The position numbers and the translations under genes are program-made. Positions 51,724-64,000 of a stretch of DNA of 64,000 nt are shown one piece after another. Below the pieces are notes generated by a model. The model was not told the origin of the DNA. It made no database searches and saw only the letters and a list, made by a program, of their open reading frames with translations. Position 1 is the first letter of the stretch, and each line of letters opens with the position of its first letter. This stretch comes from Octopus sinensis (taxonomy: Eukaryota), in assembly GCF_006345805.1 (NCBI RefSeq), contig NC_043014.1:46066001-46130000 (forward strand), read 5' to 3'.

Positions 51724-51980
51724 GGAGGCGCAATGGCCCAGTGGTTAGGGCAGTGGACTCGCGTTTGGAGGATCGCGGTTTCGATTCCCAGACCGGACGT
51801 TGTGTGTGTTTATTGAGCGAAAACACCTAAAGCTCCACGAGGCTCCGGCAGGGGGTGGGTGGCGACCCCTGTTGTACTCTTTCGCCCCAACTTTCTCTCG
51901 CTCTCTCTTCCTGTTTCTTGAGTAACGCTGCGATGGACTGGCGTCCCGTCCAGCTGGGGGGGGGGAACACATACCCATGG
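51724..51980 (+). mobile_element. SINE family C (head-only copy at 10790-10929, minus strand)
   Basis: ggaggcgcaatggcccagtggttag, gtttcgattccc, gatggactggcgtcccgtccag. Confidence 0.85.
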
Positions 51981-52319
51981 GCCTGGCGAGAGTGGAGATT
52001 TTATTCACATCCAAAGCATATTTATCAAAATGTTTTCTACAGCATATTTAACACTGACCTACACGCACACAGACACATGCATATATATATAAATATGTCG
52101 GTGATCGATATTAGACAGGTATTGAGATCGATTTAGTCAATTGAACTATCCTCCCACGCTCACCAAATACAATATACCACTCCTGTGTCACTCCACAGAG
52201 CTGCTACATTATTGAATCGACCAACTAAAAATAGCATCTGATGAAATAACAGGAATGTATTAGATCACGTAGTCCACGGTACACTAGGCCTGAAAAGAAA
52301 AAGTTTAAAAAATTAGGTG

Positions 52320-52321
52320 CC

Positions 52322-52368
<47 letters not shown>

Positions 52369-52395
52369 CATATATATATACATATATATATATAC

Positions 52396-52444
<49 letters not shown>

Positions 52445-52584
52445 CATATATATACATATATATATACATATATACATATATACATATATATACATATATA
52501 CAATATATATACATATATACATATATACATATATATATACATATATATATATATACAATATATATATATACATATATAATATAC

Positions 52585-52615
<31 letters not shown>

Positions 52616-53278
52616 CATATATTTATACATGAATATTCATCGTCTGAATATTCTAGTTCATTGTTTTCTCTCGAATCACATGTAAGACACACAAACATAT
52701 ATACATACACACATACATATATACGACAGGCTTCTTTCAGTTTCCGTCTACCAAAACCTGTAATCATGTGTTGCTCTGTTTTCTTTTCTTTCATTTTTTT
52801 TCTTCCTTAAATGGCTTATTTAGAGGTAGAATAGCAATGACTATAATCCGCTTGTTGTGGGGTGGGAGAGGAGGAATCGAAGGAAGAAATGATGGAAGAA
52901 AGGAAGGAAGGAAGGCAAGAAAGAAGGAAGGAAGAAAGAAAGAGTGAATGAATGAATGAAGGAACGAACGAACGAAGAAACGAGTGAAGGAAGGAGAAAG
53001 AAAGAAAAGAAAAGAAATGAAGAGAAGAGAAATGAAGAGGAAGGAAGGAAGGAAGGAAGGAAGGAAGGAAGGAAGGAAGGAAGGAAGGAAGGAAGGAAGG
53101 AAGGGAGGGAAGGAGGGAGGAAGGAAGGAAGGAAGGAAGGAAGGAAGGAAGGAAGGAAGGAAGGAAGGAAGGAAGGAAGGAAGGAAGGAAAGAAAGAAAG
53201 GAAGGAAGGAAGGAAGGAAGGAAAGAAAGAAAGAAAGGAAAAAAGAAAGAAAGAAAGGAAAGAAGGAAGGAAGGAAGC
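52320..53278. repeat. (TA/TACA)n tract at 52320-52620 and (GAAG)n tract at 52890-53278
   Basis: Direct reading. Confidence 0.97.
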
Positions 53279-53707
53279 TATAGCCAGACAAGAGGTTTGA
53301 CCCCGGGCCGTGCAGAGGAGTTGAATTGGGCAACGAATTAAGGCTATCATGCAAGAAAAGAAACGCTTGTTATCCCCGGTTACGCTATTTTTGCCTATAC
53401 AATTCTACATAGAAAATAATGGGTCAACCGGTAATTGTGGTCGAAACTGAGGTGTTGGCCAAGTCGAGATATTATCAAAACGAGATATTAGTCAAACCTC
53501 CTGAAGACGGGGGCCGGATCAACCTAATGGTTATACACTTCCACTACTGTTTGCTTATTTTTACGAACGACATCTGCCAATATTATGAAGCAATTTTCAG
53601 CCCCCAGAAACGGCTGTAGAACCTGTAACACCATACCTTTTTCGCTTCATTTTCTGTGTCTTTATACTCTGTGTAGGTTTGCTCTCTTAATATATAAATC
53701 TCTCTCA

Positions 53708-54107
53708 CTCTCTCTTTACTTGTTTCAGTCATTTGACTGCGGCCATGCTGGAGCACCGCCTTTAGTCGAGGAAATCGACTCCAGGACTTATTCTTTGTAA
53801 GCCTAGTACTTATTCTATCGTTCTCTTTTGCCGAACCGCTAAGTTACGGGGACGTAAACACACCACCATCGGTTGTCAAGTGATGATGGGGGGACAAACA
53901 CAGACATACACACACACGCACATATATATATATATATACATATATACGACGGGCCTCTTTCAGTTTCCATCTACCAAATCCACTCACAAGGCTTTGGTTG
54001 GCCCAAGGCTATAGTAGAAGACACTTGCCCAAGGTACCACGCAGTGGGACTGAACCCAGAACTATGTGGTTGGTAAGCAAGCTACCTAACACACAGCTAC
54101 TCCTGCA
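53708..54107 (-). mobile_element. SINE A
   Basis: Same consensus. Confidence 0.9.
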
Positions 54108-54261
54108 CCTATATATATATATTTATATATACAAAATAAGAAAATGGAGGAATAGATTTCTTTCAATCATCAACTTCCAGATAATACCAATTCATATAAT
54201 TTATTAACTAACCCCTATCTCACTTAGTACTATATATTTATCTATATATTTATACATGAAT

Positions 54262-54612
54262 GGAGGCGCAATGGCCCAGTGGTTAGGGCAGCGGACTCGT
54301 GGTCGTAGGATCGCGGTTTCGATTCCCAGACCGGGCGTTGTGAGTGTTTATTGAGCGAAAACACCTAAAGCTCCACGAGGCTCCGGCAGGGGATGGTGGT
54401 GATCCCTGCTGTACTCTTTCACAACAACTTTCTCTCACTCTTACTTCCTGTTTCTGTTGTACCTGTATTTCAAAGGGTCGGCCTTGTCACTCTCTGTGTC
54501 ACGCTGAATATCCCTGAGAACTACGTTAAGGGTACACGTGTCTGTGGAGTGCTCAGCCACTTACACGTTAATTTCATGAGCAGGCTGTTGTCGTCGTAAT
54601 CGACGGAGTGCT
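54262..54612 (+). mobile_element. Chimeric SINE: family C head with family D tail
   Basis: 5' part matches 51724; 3' part matches the tail of 34645-34968. Confidence 0.8.
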
Positions 54613-54964
54613 TCCAAAGATACATGAATATTCATCGTCTGAATATTCTAATTCGTTGTTTTCTCTCGAAGCTGTTTTATCTGTTTGCTTGCATGATTAT
54701 CGCCATATCTGTCCACTCGGATTTATCTAATAGCCACTCTTTAGCCCGTAGACATAGGGGTATAAGTCAAAAGCATTTGAGCGTTACTAAGTGTTTTCTT
54801 TATTGAGTATCATTTTTGGATCTGGATCTTTTCGGTTTGAACGGCAGTTTTTAACATAATTTCTAGGTAACTAAAAAATTTTATAAACACATTCTACCAG
54901 TATACGAAGTTTAAAACATCTTTTTCTCTTGGCTTTATTGAGAAAATTCTATAGTTTGTAAGAT

Positions 54965-55296
54965 GGCACCGCCTTTAGTCAAGGAAATCGACTCCAGGAC
55001 TTATTCTTTGTAAGCGTAGTACTTATTCTATCGGTCTCTTTTTGCCGAACCGCTAAATTACGGGGATGTAAACACACCAGCGTCAGTCGTCAAGCGATGT
55101 TAGGGGGACAAAGACAGATACACACATATATACGACAGGCTTCTTTCAGTTTCTCTCTACTAAATCCACTCACAAGGCTTTGGTCGGCCCGAGGCTATAG
55201 GAGAAGACACTTTCCCAAGGTGCCACGCAGTGGGACTGAATCCGGAACCATGTGGTTGGTAAGCAAGCTACTTACCACACAGCCACTCCTGCGCCT
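54965..55296 (-). mobile_element. SINE A
   Basis: Same consensus. Confidence 0.9.
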
Positions 55297-55350
55297 ATAT
55301 AATATTTTAATTAACACAGTCAAGATATGGTCGCGAAAATGAACGAAATT

Positions 55351-55730
55351 GGATCTTTTTGGTTTGAACGGCAGTTTTTAAAAAATAATTTCCACGTAAC
55401 TAAACACTCTTAAATTTCGAATACTGGTAGAATGTGTTTATAAAACATCTTTTTTCTCTTGGCTTTATTGAGAAAATTCTACAGTTTGTAAGATATTTGA
55501 ACAAAAAAAAAAAACAATTTGAAATTTTAACCAATCACTGACGTCTATTGAGGTGAAAACATTCTGTGCTGTATGAATATGTCCCTCGGTTAAGAAACAG
55601 TTTGGGTTTATTTACATTTGTGACGAAAAAAGATACCCTTCCCCCACCTCTAGCCAACCCTAAAACGGATTGAAATGCAATAGATCGATGCTAGGGTCAT
55701 AATTATGGGTGACAATTTCATATGACACCG

Positions 55731-55764
<34 letters not shown>

Positions 55765-55786
55765 GCCGTTCAAACCGAAAAGATCC
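55351..55786. mobile_element. MITE with about 29-bp TIR and 8-bp TSD (Merlin-like by GG ends; superfamily is inference)
   Basis: ggatcttttt ggtttgaacggcagttttt...aaaaactgccgttcaaaccgaaaagatcc; perfect TSD acgaaatt. Partial copy at 54824-54963. Confidence 0.85.
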
Positions 55787-56149
55787 ACGAAATTAAATAC
55801 TAATACGATACTGTGAAGGACAAATATTTTATTTTTAAAAATACACATAGAATACAAAATGAACTGAAGCCATTGGCACCACTGATATTTTGTAGGTGTC
55901 GGCAATGACTTCAGGACAGACAAATTTTATTAGAAAAATAAAAAGGAAGAAAAACAAAAAAAGATACAATGGACTAAAGTCGCAAACATCGCAAATTTGA
56001 AGTTATCTGCTATGACAAGGGAAGTAACTATTGTTAGACTGTGATTGCTTAAGTATCATACAAAATTAGGCCTGAAAATTGAAACGCAAAGTTACGTCGT
56101 TTTATCAGATGTTTTCAGCAGTTTGCATTGTTCAGATATTTATGTAAAA

Positions 56150-56554
56150 CTAGCAGTATCGCCCGGCGTTGCTCGGGTTTGTAAGGGAAATAACTATAAA
56201 GCATTTTTAGAGAGTTATAGCCAAGAAATAGCAAAAAAATGCATAAAAAATGGAAAAAAAAATGATGGTAAAATTTTTTTTAAATCGTTGACTCATCGTA
56301 GACATTTTTAGAGAGTTACTTCCCTTATACAATAGCGAAAAAATGCATTAAAATGGAAAAAAATGATGGTAAATTATTTTTAAAATCGTAGACTACTCAT
56401 CGTAGACGCGCGCTAATACCCAGAAGGGCTCGATATGAATCACAACCATAAGATACCCGGTTTTGGTTAAACTGCACCGCAAAATGTGGGAGTAGTTAGG
56501 AATATAAATCGTAGGAGACAGACACTCACACAACTTCACTTTTATATATAAAGA
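56150..56554 (-). mobile_element. Non-autonomous Helitron, same family
   Basis: A^TC...hairpin CTAG^T on the minus strand. Confidence 0.88.
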
Positions 56555-56791
56555 TATAAAACTACATTAAAAAAATATACTGTAAATAATAAAATTTTAA
56601 AAAGCAATTTTATTTTTCATTTACGTTAATCAACATCTATGAGGCGACTCGGCCTCTTGGAAATAGCTATCTTAATCGTTTCAAATTTCAACAGGAGGCC
56701 AGTAATTTTTGAGAAAGACGGTTTGTTGATTACATCTATCCAATACCTCACCAATAGTTTACCTTTCATCCTTTTGAGATTAATAAGGCTG

Positions 56792-57204
56792 GGATCCTTT
56801 CGGTTTGAACGGCAGTTTTTAACATAATTTCTAGGTAACTAAACACTCAAACTTCGTATACTGGTAGAATGCGTTTATAAAACATCTTTTTCTCTTGGCT
56901 TTATTACGAAAATTCTATGGTTTGTAAGATATTTGATGTTTTTTTTTTTCTTCAATTTCTGCAATTTCAACCAATCACTGATGTCTATTGAGGTAAAAAA
57001 AAACATTCTGTGCCGTATGAATATGTCCCTCGTTTAAGAAACAGATTGGGTTTATTTACATTTGTGAAGAAAAAAAAGATACCCTTCCCCCCCCCACCCC
57101 TAAAACAGATTGAAATGCAATAGATCGATTCTAGGGTCATAATTATGGGTGACAATTTCATATGACACCGCTAGAAAAAACTGCCGTTCAAACCGAAAAG
57201 ATCC
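56792..57204. mobile_element. MITE, same family as 55351-55786
   Basis: Same TIRs; TSD taaggctg/taaggttg. Confidence 0.85.
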
Positions 57205-57429
57205 TAAGGTTGATATCAACTTTATTTGAGCTCAGCATGCCGGATGAAATTGTTAGCGGTATTTCTTCCAATTTTACATTCCAACTAGAGGATCTGAACT
57301 CCGAACGTAAAGACGGACGAAACGCCGCTAAGCATTTTTTCCGGTGTACTAACAATTCAGTCAGCTCACCGCCTTAAGAGTACAGTCGATAATGCAATAC
57401 GTAGCATTACTAAATATGCATGATGGTCA

Positions 57430-57835
57430 CAAGATTGCGGTTTCTCCGGGCCACAAAAATGAAAAGTGTACACTGGAAAGGTAAGACCCTGAATATAATT
57501 GAGGGGTCGACCCTATAGAGAATATAACAAACTATAACGATGGACGACATAGTGAGGGTCAGGGTGGAGGGCAGAATCCCTCGTTGCTTTAAATGTGGTC
57601 TGAAAGGCAACATTAGAGTGGACTGCCATCCACAGACCAAAAAGAGAACAACCACAAGAGAAAGACCCCAGGAAGAACAAGTCGGAAAGGACGAAACAAT
57701 GTTACCAGTAGAGGTGGAAGAAAAGACAGGAAAAGAATAGGAGACCACAAGGAAAAGGAGAAAGTGCAATGCACACAGAACCCCACACTATAACCACCCA
57801 CACCCTACAGACACCAAACCTTCCCACCCACCTTC

Positions 57836-57874
<39 letters not shown>

Positions 57875-57990
57875 CATTGATACACAGGAACCCACAAACT
57901 TCCCCTCCCACTGAAAGTTGCTTTGCATGTGTGTTTGGGGATGTGGATGAGGAACTGGTTAACAAAATAGTGAAATGGAGGAAGGAAGAG
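57430..57990 (+). pseudogene. LINE ORF1 fragment (zinc knuckle); partial duplicate at 61790-61985
   Basis: VRVRVEGRIPRCFKCGLKGNIRVDC resembles RVSVERRRPRCFKCGQKGHVRSEC in ORF1 at 46109. Confidence 0.7.
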
Positions 57991-57999
57991 TGGTGCTTT

Positions 58000-58470
58000 T
58001 AACGTGCCACCGGCACGGAAGCCAGCCAAGGCGGAGCTGGCATCGGCCACGTTCGGATGGTGCTTTTTATGTGTCACCGGCACAGAAGCCAGTCAAGGCG
58101 GCGCTGGCAACGGCCACATTTGGATGGTGCTTTTGGCATCGGCCACGTTCGGATGGTGGTTTTTATGTGTCACCGGCACAGAAGCCAGTCGAGGCGGCGC
58201 TGGCAACGGCCACGTTCGGATGGTGCTTTTGGCATCGGCCACGTTTGGATGGTGCTTTTTATGTGTCACCGGCACAGAAGCCAGTCGAGGCGGCGCTGGC
58301 AACGGCCACGTTCGGATGGTGCTTTTGGCATCGGCCACGTTTGGATGGTGCTTTTTATGTGTCACCGGCACGGAAGCCAGTTGAGGCGGTGCTGGCAACG
58401 GCCACGTTCGGATGGTGCTTTTGGCATCGGCCACGTTCGGATGGTGCTTTTTATGTGCCACCGGCACAGG
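58000..58470 (+). repeat. 96-bp tandem minisatellite, about 4.8 copies, with internal 29-bp subrepeat
   Basis: gtgtcaccgg recurs at 58071, 58167, 58263 and 58359, with a variant at 58455. Confidence 0.95.
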
Positions 58471-58966
58471 TACCACAACTACTATTTCCATTGATATTTA
58501 TTTCGATGTTCATGTTATTTCTTAGATTCCAGAAGAATGAAATAAAGTGTCGTCTATGTGATATTTGTATTGAAAATGCTCTACTGCAAAGCAGCTTGTC
58601 CAACGTTTTAATTCTGCTGTAATGGTTTCTAACGTTAGCATAAGGCTAACAATTTTGAAAGAGGGAATAATCAATTATATCGACCCCGGAGAAATGAAAC
58701 AGAGCTGATGTCAACGCGATTTGAAACCTGAACATGAGGAGAAACAAGGACAAGTCCTTTTTTTTCAGACACTCTCACCATTCTGCTAATACATAACATG
58801 ATTTCTACAACAGGCATATGGTCAGCAATTCGAGAAGCTATGGTTATTTCATAACACTGGCCCCTAAAACTGATTGATACTTTATTTTCTCGATAGTAGA
58901 ATGATGAATTGCAAACTTGAATTCAGCAGAATTTGATACCAGAACGGAAAGAACTGGAAACAAATA

Positions 58967-59200
58967 CCTATTTCTTTACGACCCACAAGGGGCTAAACAC
59001 AGAGAGGACAAACAAGGACAGACAAACGGATTAAGTCGATTAGATTGACCCTAGTACGTAACTGGTACTTAATTTATCGACCCCCAAAAGGATGAAAGGC
59101 AAAGTCGACCTCGGCGGAATTTGAACTCAGAACGTAGCGGCAGACGAAATACCACTAAGCATTTCGCCCGGCATACTAACGTTTCTACCAGCTCGCCGGA
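58967..59200 (-). mobile_element. SINE B (decayed relatives at 58670-58960, 59200-59580, 61990-62100 and 63020-63350)
   Basis: Same consensus. Confidence 0.8.
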
Positions 59201-60024
59201 AACAAATACCGCAAAGCATTTTTTCCGGCGCAGTAACGACTACCAGCTCACCTGAAAACCTGAAATGTAAGGGAAGTAGTTGACTAAATCGAACCTTATA
59301 CCGGATTTTATCAACACCGGAAGGATGAAAGACAAACTAACTTCAGGATTTGAACAAAGAAATGCAATGGATCGATGTAAATACTCCAAGACGATCTAAC
59401 AGATATGCCGTAAAAATAATTCTTTTAAATCTCGGCTCAAAGGCATCAGTTTTAAGTAGAGGAGAAAGACGCCGACATGGACCCCAGTGATGAACTGGTA
59501 CTTTGCTTTTCATTCTTTTGGCGTCGATAAAATAAAGTTGATCTCAGTGAGATTTGAACCCAGAACGTAACAGGAACAAAAACCGTAATAATATAGCTAA
59601 CATTAATAAGAATATCCTTATGGGTAATAAATGCTTAAATATTAATAGTACTTTTCTCACACACACAAAAAATTGTTCAGCTGTTAAAATGTTTGAAATT
59701 ACAGTTCCTAAACCAAATAAGTAATAGGGAGATTGTGGTCCCTTTCTACGCCCTTTGAAACCTATTGGAAGACCTTATCTCAGGAAGCAGAAGAATTTTG
59801 AATGCTCGTTACTTAGCAAACTCTACTGAAAAGAAGCCGCGGGGGCGCAGGCATTGGTGTTGAACAGGATCACAGTCTGTCGCGATCAATTACACACGCA
59901 CGACATCTACCACGTTGAACTATGAAGCTTTTAGTTAACCTGTTATTTTTAATATTGCTACGCTGCAGTGGGACGACAGTAGCCGAAACAAGTTGCAGAA
60001 TGAACGTCTCCATCACACGACTAT

Positions 60025-60412
60025 ACTCTTTACTCTTTTACTTGTTTCAGTCATTTGACTGCGGCCATGCTGGAGCACCGCCTTTAGTCGAGCAAATCGA
60101 CCCCGGGACTTATTCTTTGTAAGCCCAGTACTTATTCTATCGGTCTCTTTTGCCGAACCGCTAAGTGACGGGGACGTAAACACACCAGCATCGGTTGGCA
60201 AGCAATGCTAGGGGGACAAACACAGACACACAAACATATACACACACACACACATATATATATATACATATATACGACAGGCTTCTTTCAGTTTCCGTCT
60301 ACCAGATCCACTCACAAGGCATTGGTCGGCCCGGGGCTATAGCAGAAGACACTTGCCCAAGATGCCACACAGTGGGACTGAACCCGGAATCATGTGGTTG
60401 GTTAGCAAGCTA
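60025..60412 (-). mobile_element. SINE A
   Basis: Same consensus. Confidence 0.9.
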
Positions 60413-60559
60413 CTATAAAAATGATAGTTTTCTTTGCGATTGTAAGTTTAAATAGTAATAAACCCACCGAAATAAACAGCATTCCAATTGATATCTATAA
60501 ACGAGAGGTGTATTCTTCTCCCAGAAGGATTTCATCGACTTGTCATGATCGAGACCCAA

Positions 60560-61100
60560 GAAGAAAACTTCTCCGATTGTTACCGTCAACAAGAAAAAGA
60601 CAAAGCAGGCTTATTTATGGTGGGGGGCAGGACAAGTTCAAGTTCGAATTTTTAACAATCGATTTACATTTCACAGAGACCAACATATTCCAGTCGCAAA
60701 ATCAATGATTTAAAATTTAAAACATCGTGTGGAACGTCTGATATTTTCAACAACAGCAAAAGTGTTGGAAACCTCATCGACCGCCGTATCTAAGCTTCAT
60801 AGAAACGACGAAGGCATTTGATAGTAGTCAGCGTAGTTTTCTCTAGCGAACTATTGATTCCCGGCAGAAATTCAAACTTCTGAGACTACTTCATGAGGAC
60901 ATGTCTGCAAAAGGTTCTTGTTAGTGGTACATCAACTAAGCCTTTCCAATGGTATATCCGCAAAAGGTTCTTGTTAGAAAGGCTCAGTTGATGTACCGCT
61001 AAGTTAACTCCGATTTCTCACAGGGCTGTGTCATCGAATTCTATGCTCATGCATCTCATGAGGACAACGTGACCATCGAGCAAGAACTCAGAACACTCAG
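60560..61100 (+). pseudogene. Old, highly decayed LINE reverse transcriptase fragment
   Basis: LSFIETTKAFDS near 60790-60826 and QGCVI at 61021 resemble RT motifs in the expected order. Confidence 0.45.
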
Positions 61101-63644
61101 TAGAGGGATGACTGACTTTTTCTCTATCATGCATATATCGAACCTGGACTGGTCGTCAGCCTCGAAGAATTTCTCCAAATTTCTTGACGCATAACACCCT
61201 CAAGCTTGTTCGTACGAAATAAAGCCTGGTTTTAAAAACTAAGCAAAATAAGATTTTAAAAAAATGATTTCTCACTTAAAGGAATCCATCTAACTTCTGA
61301 TATCGATCCAGTAGACTTGAAAGAGTCTAAAAAGTTTTTCGATCTGCTGGTCCAACAATAATTCCTCGAAAACGAGTTTGCTGACAGTTAGAAAGGGTTT
61401 GCAATACCTCAAATCTGTAATCAATGTAGTGGACTGTCTGAAGGAAATGAAGTACAGAAAAGAAAAACTTCCTTGTCATGAAAAGCGAACTCGGATAGAT
61501 AGAGTACCAAGATTCTCAAATGATTGCTAACCGTCTTCGAAAACAAATTTTTTTATATTCTTATCTGAACGTAAAAGAGACATCAAAAGGTGAACTGCTT
61601 TTTAAGCGGGGTTGAAGTTTTGCAAGAGACGGAATTTGAAACCTGTATGTGGAGTGTGAGAACAAGTGCCGCAAGTCCTTTTGTCTGACGTTCTCACGAT
61701 TCTGTCAATTTATCGTCATAAGTAATTTCTACAACAGGCAGAAGGCCAATAATTTGGAGAGTCGAGGTTATTTGATAACATTGGCCTCAATAATATAACA
61801 AACTATAACGATGGACGACATAGCGAGGGTCAGGGTGGAGGGCAGAATCCCTCGTTGCTTTAAATGTGGTCTGAAAGGCAACATTAGAGTGGACTGCCAT
61901 CCACAGACCAAAAAGAGAACAACCACAAGAGGAAGACCCCCAGGAAGAACAAGTAGGAAAGGACGAAACAATGTTACCAGTAGAGATGGAAGGATGGAAA
62001 GCAAAGCCGGATTCAGCGGAATTTCAAGCCAGAACCGAAATAACCAAAGAAATGCCATTAAGCATTTTATGGAGGTGTAATAACGGTTCTACCAACTTGC
62101 CGTCTGATTCTGCTGTCATACTTTCAAACTAGTACAAAGGTGAGGGTAATAATTGATTAAACAGACCTTAATACTAGATTTTACAAAGCTGACCGCAACA
62201 GAATCTGAGCATAAAGTAGAGCCGAGAGATACCGCAAAAGTATTTTGCCCGACGTCCTAATAATTTAACATATGTTCAACAGAAATTCGTTGGAAGAGGA
62301 GCAGACGATTATTAACCTCAATGAATGCACCCCTTCCCCAGCTAATCAGTAGAGTGAAAAGTTGGCCATGGAAGTATTTGAACTGAAACCGTAAAATATT
62401 TTATCCAGAATCTACTGCGTAATAATACCTTGAATCTGCAATCAAGAGCAATTTTGAGTGGAGGAGGAAGTAGGGAAAACCTACCCACTTACACGACGGC
62501 TTCCTTAATTTTCTGGAAAACGGATTTTTTTTTTTCTTTACTAGAATTTTCTACAGATACTTCTCAGTTTGTAGATATCTATTATATTGAAATTTAAAGT
62601 TTTTTCTACTGGGAAGAGAGGTTTTGGATAAATTAATATGGGTAGACTGTTTCTTCATGACTTTCATAAAAAATATTTTCCTAAAAATTTCTGCAAATAC
62701 CTTACATATGGTGCGAAAATTACAATTGATTTGGAATGTTTAAAAAAAAGTTGGTGCACGCACACGTACACTGTCTACAAAACGAAACTCGAAATCTTGT
62801 AAAAATGTGAGGTGTTTTAGAACGAAAGTGTACGAGTCGAGCCACTTTTTTTCCACCCCTAAATTCTGATTTAATCAGATTCTACACTATCCGAAAAGTA
62901 CTTGTAGCAATTTTCAGGAATACTGCTCGCTTTCTGAAAGCGAGAAAGGAAACAAAATCTAGGTGTACACATGTGAAGATGGGCCGGAAGTTGATTACAT
63001 GGACCTCAGCGATCAACTGCTACTTTTATCAATCCTAAAAATGAGGTACACCAAAGAGTCGATCCCGGCAGCATTTGAACTCGTAAGAAATAAGCATTTT
63101 GTCCGGTGCGCTCATGGTTCTGCCACCTCGCAGACTTCGTAATAATGGTTTCAAATTTTTGCCCCAAGGGCAGCAAATTTGGAGGAGGGGGGGATGAGTC
63201 GATTACATCGACCCTAGTGTTCAACTGGTACTTATCGACCCCGAAAGGATGAAAGGCGATGAAAGTCGACTTCGGAGGAATTTGAACTCGTAATGTAGCG
63301 ACAGGCGGAATACTACTAAGCACTGCGTCCAACACGCTAATGATTCTGCCATCTCCCCACCTTCATAATAATGACGGTAGTAGTGGTTTCTGATTTGGAA
63401 ATAAGACCAGTAAATTTGAGGAGAGGGAAGGACCCTATACTTCACTGGTACTTTAATCCTGGGGGGACGATAGGCAAAGTTGAAACTGAACAGACGCTCT
63501 GACGATTCTGCCAGTTTCCCCTCCCTTTTCAGCTCTAATAATATGCTTCCTTGATTAAGTCCCTTTAATAGCTTTGGGTGAGTGAGTTACTTTACAGATT
63601 AATTTTCTGTAATGTACTTCAGTTATACTAAGACTTAACTACTA

Positions 63645-64000
63645 CCAAAAGGGACATGAAGGCCTGCAACATCAATATTAGCGGTTGTGAGGCAGTTGCC
63701 GGCAACCGTGGAGAATGGCGACGTACCATAAAAGAGGGAATACAAAGGAGTGACAGAGAGAGAGAGAGAGAGAGAGGAGAAATGGAAAGAAAGGAAGAGA
63801 CGTAAACAAGAGACTATGGCACTACAACCAGCTAGGCAAAGTCTTTGCTACATTTGCGGCACCTGCCAGAGGGAGTGTTTGTCCAGGATAGGACTACACA
63901 GCCACAGCAGGAAATGTATCAGGACATGAAATATAAAAGCCGGACTAGACTACTTTATGCGCAACTCCATTGTCTCCCGAGACAGAAAGGATGCCAACCA
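63645..64000 (+). mobile_element. 3' end of an RTE-clade LINE
   Basis: KRDMKACNINISGCEAVAGNRGEWRRTIKEG and YICGTCQRECLSRIGLHSHSRKC, followed by an RTE-type 3' UTR (ccattgtctcccgagacagaaaggatgcc). Confidence 0.8.

Noticed and set aside
53435-53520. GAAAC and CTGAAGA in permuted order
   Set aside because: Stem II cannot close; not a credible type II hammerhead.
58000-58470. CRISPR-like array
   Set aside because: No unique spacers, eukaryotic context and no cas genes; a simple tandem repeat.

Overview
AT-rich, repeat-saturated eukaryotic DNA. It is most likely an octopus (cephalopod) genome, inferred from the SINE families and an 18S fragment with an expanded helix 44. I find no confidently identifiable host protein-coding exon; nearly all long ORFs in the track are microsatellite or transposon read-throughs. 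The window holds about 24 copies of one tRNA-derived SINE family (A), about 14 loci of a second family (B) that often forms head-to-tail multimers, and several modular SINEs (C/D). DNA elements include seven complete non-autonomous Helitrons (A^TC...hairpin-CTAG^T), a decayed Helitron Rep relic, mariner and DD37D (maT) relics, a near-complete dead piggyBac plus a second piggyBac 5' end, and hAT- and Merlin-like MITEs. Also present are RTE and other LINE fragments, an 18S rRNA fragment and a 100-N gap. The standout is a roughly 5.7 kb L1/Tx1-type APE-RT LINE (45446-51162). It is bracketed by two identical 183-bp direct repeats inside (TA)n, and the 3' repeat overlaps a minimal type I hammerhead ribozyme with a U3:A8 core variant. 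This is a Penelope/retrozyme-like architecture around a non-Penelope LINE. Four other hammerhead-like motifs (C3:G8 and G3:C8 cores) lie in unrelated repeats, two of them in inverted pLTR-like arrangements. All structures were read by eye; no searches or folding programs were run.
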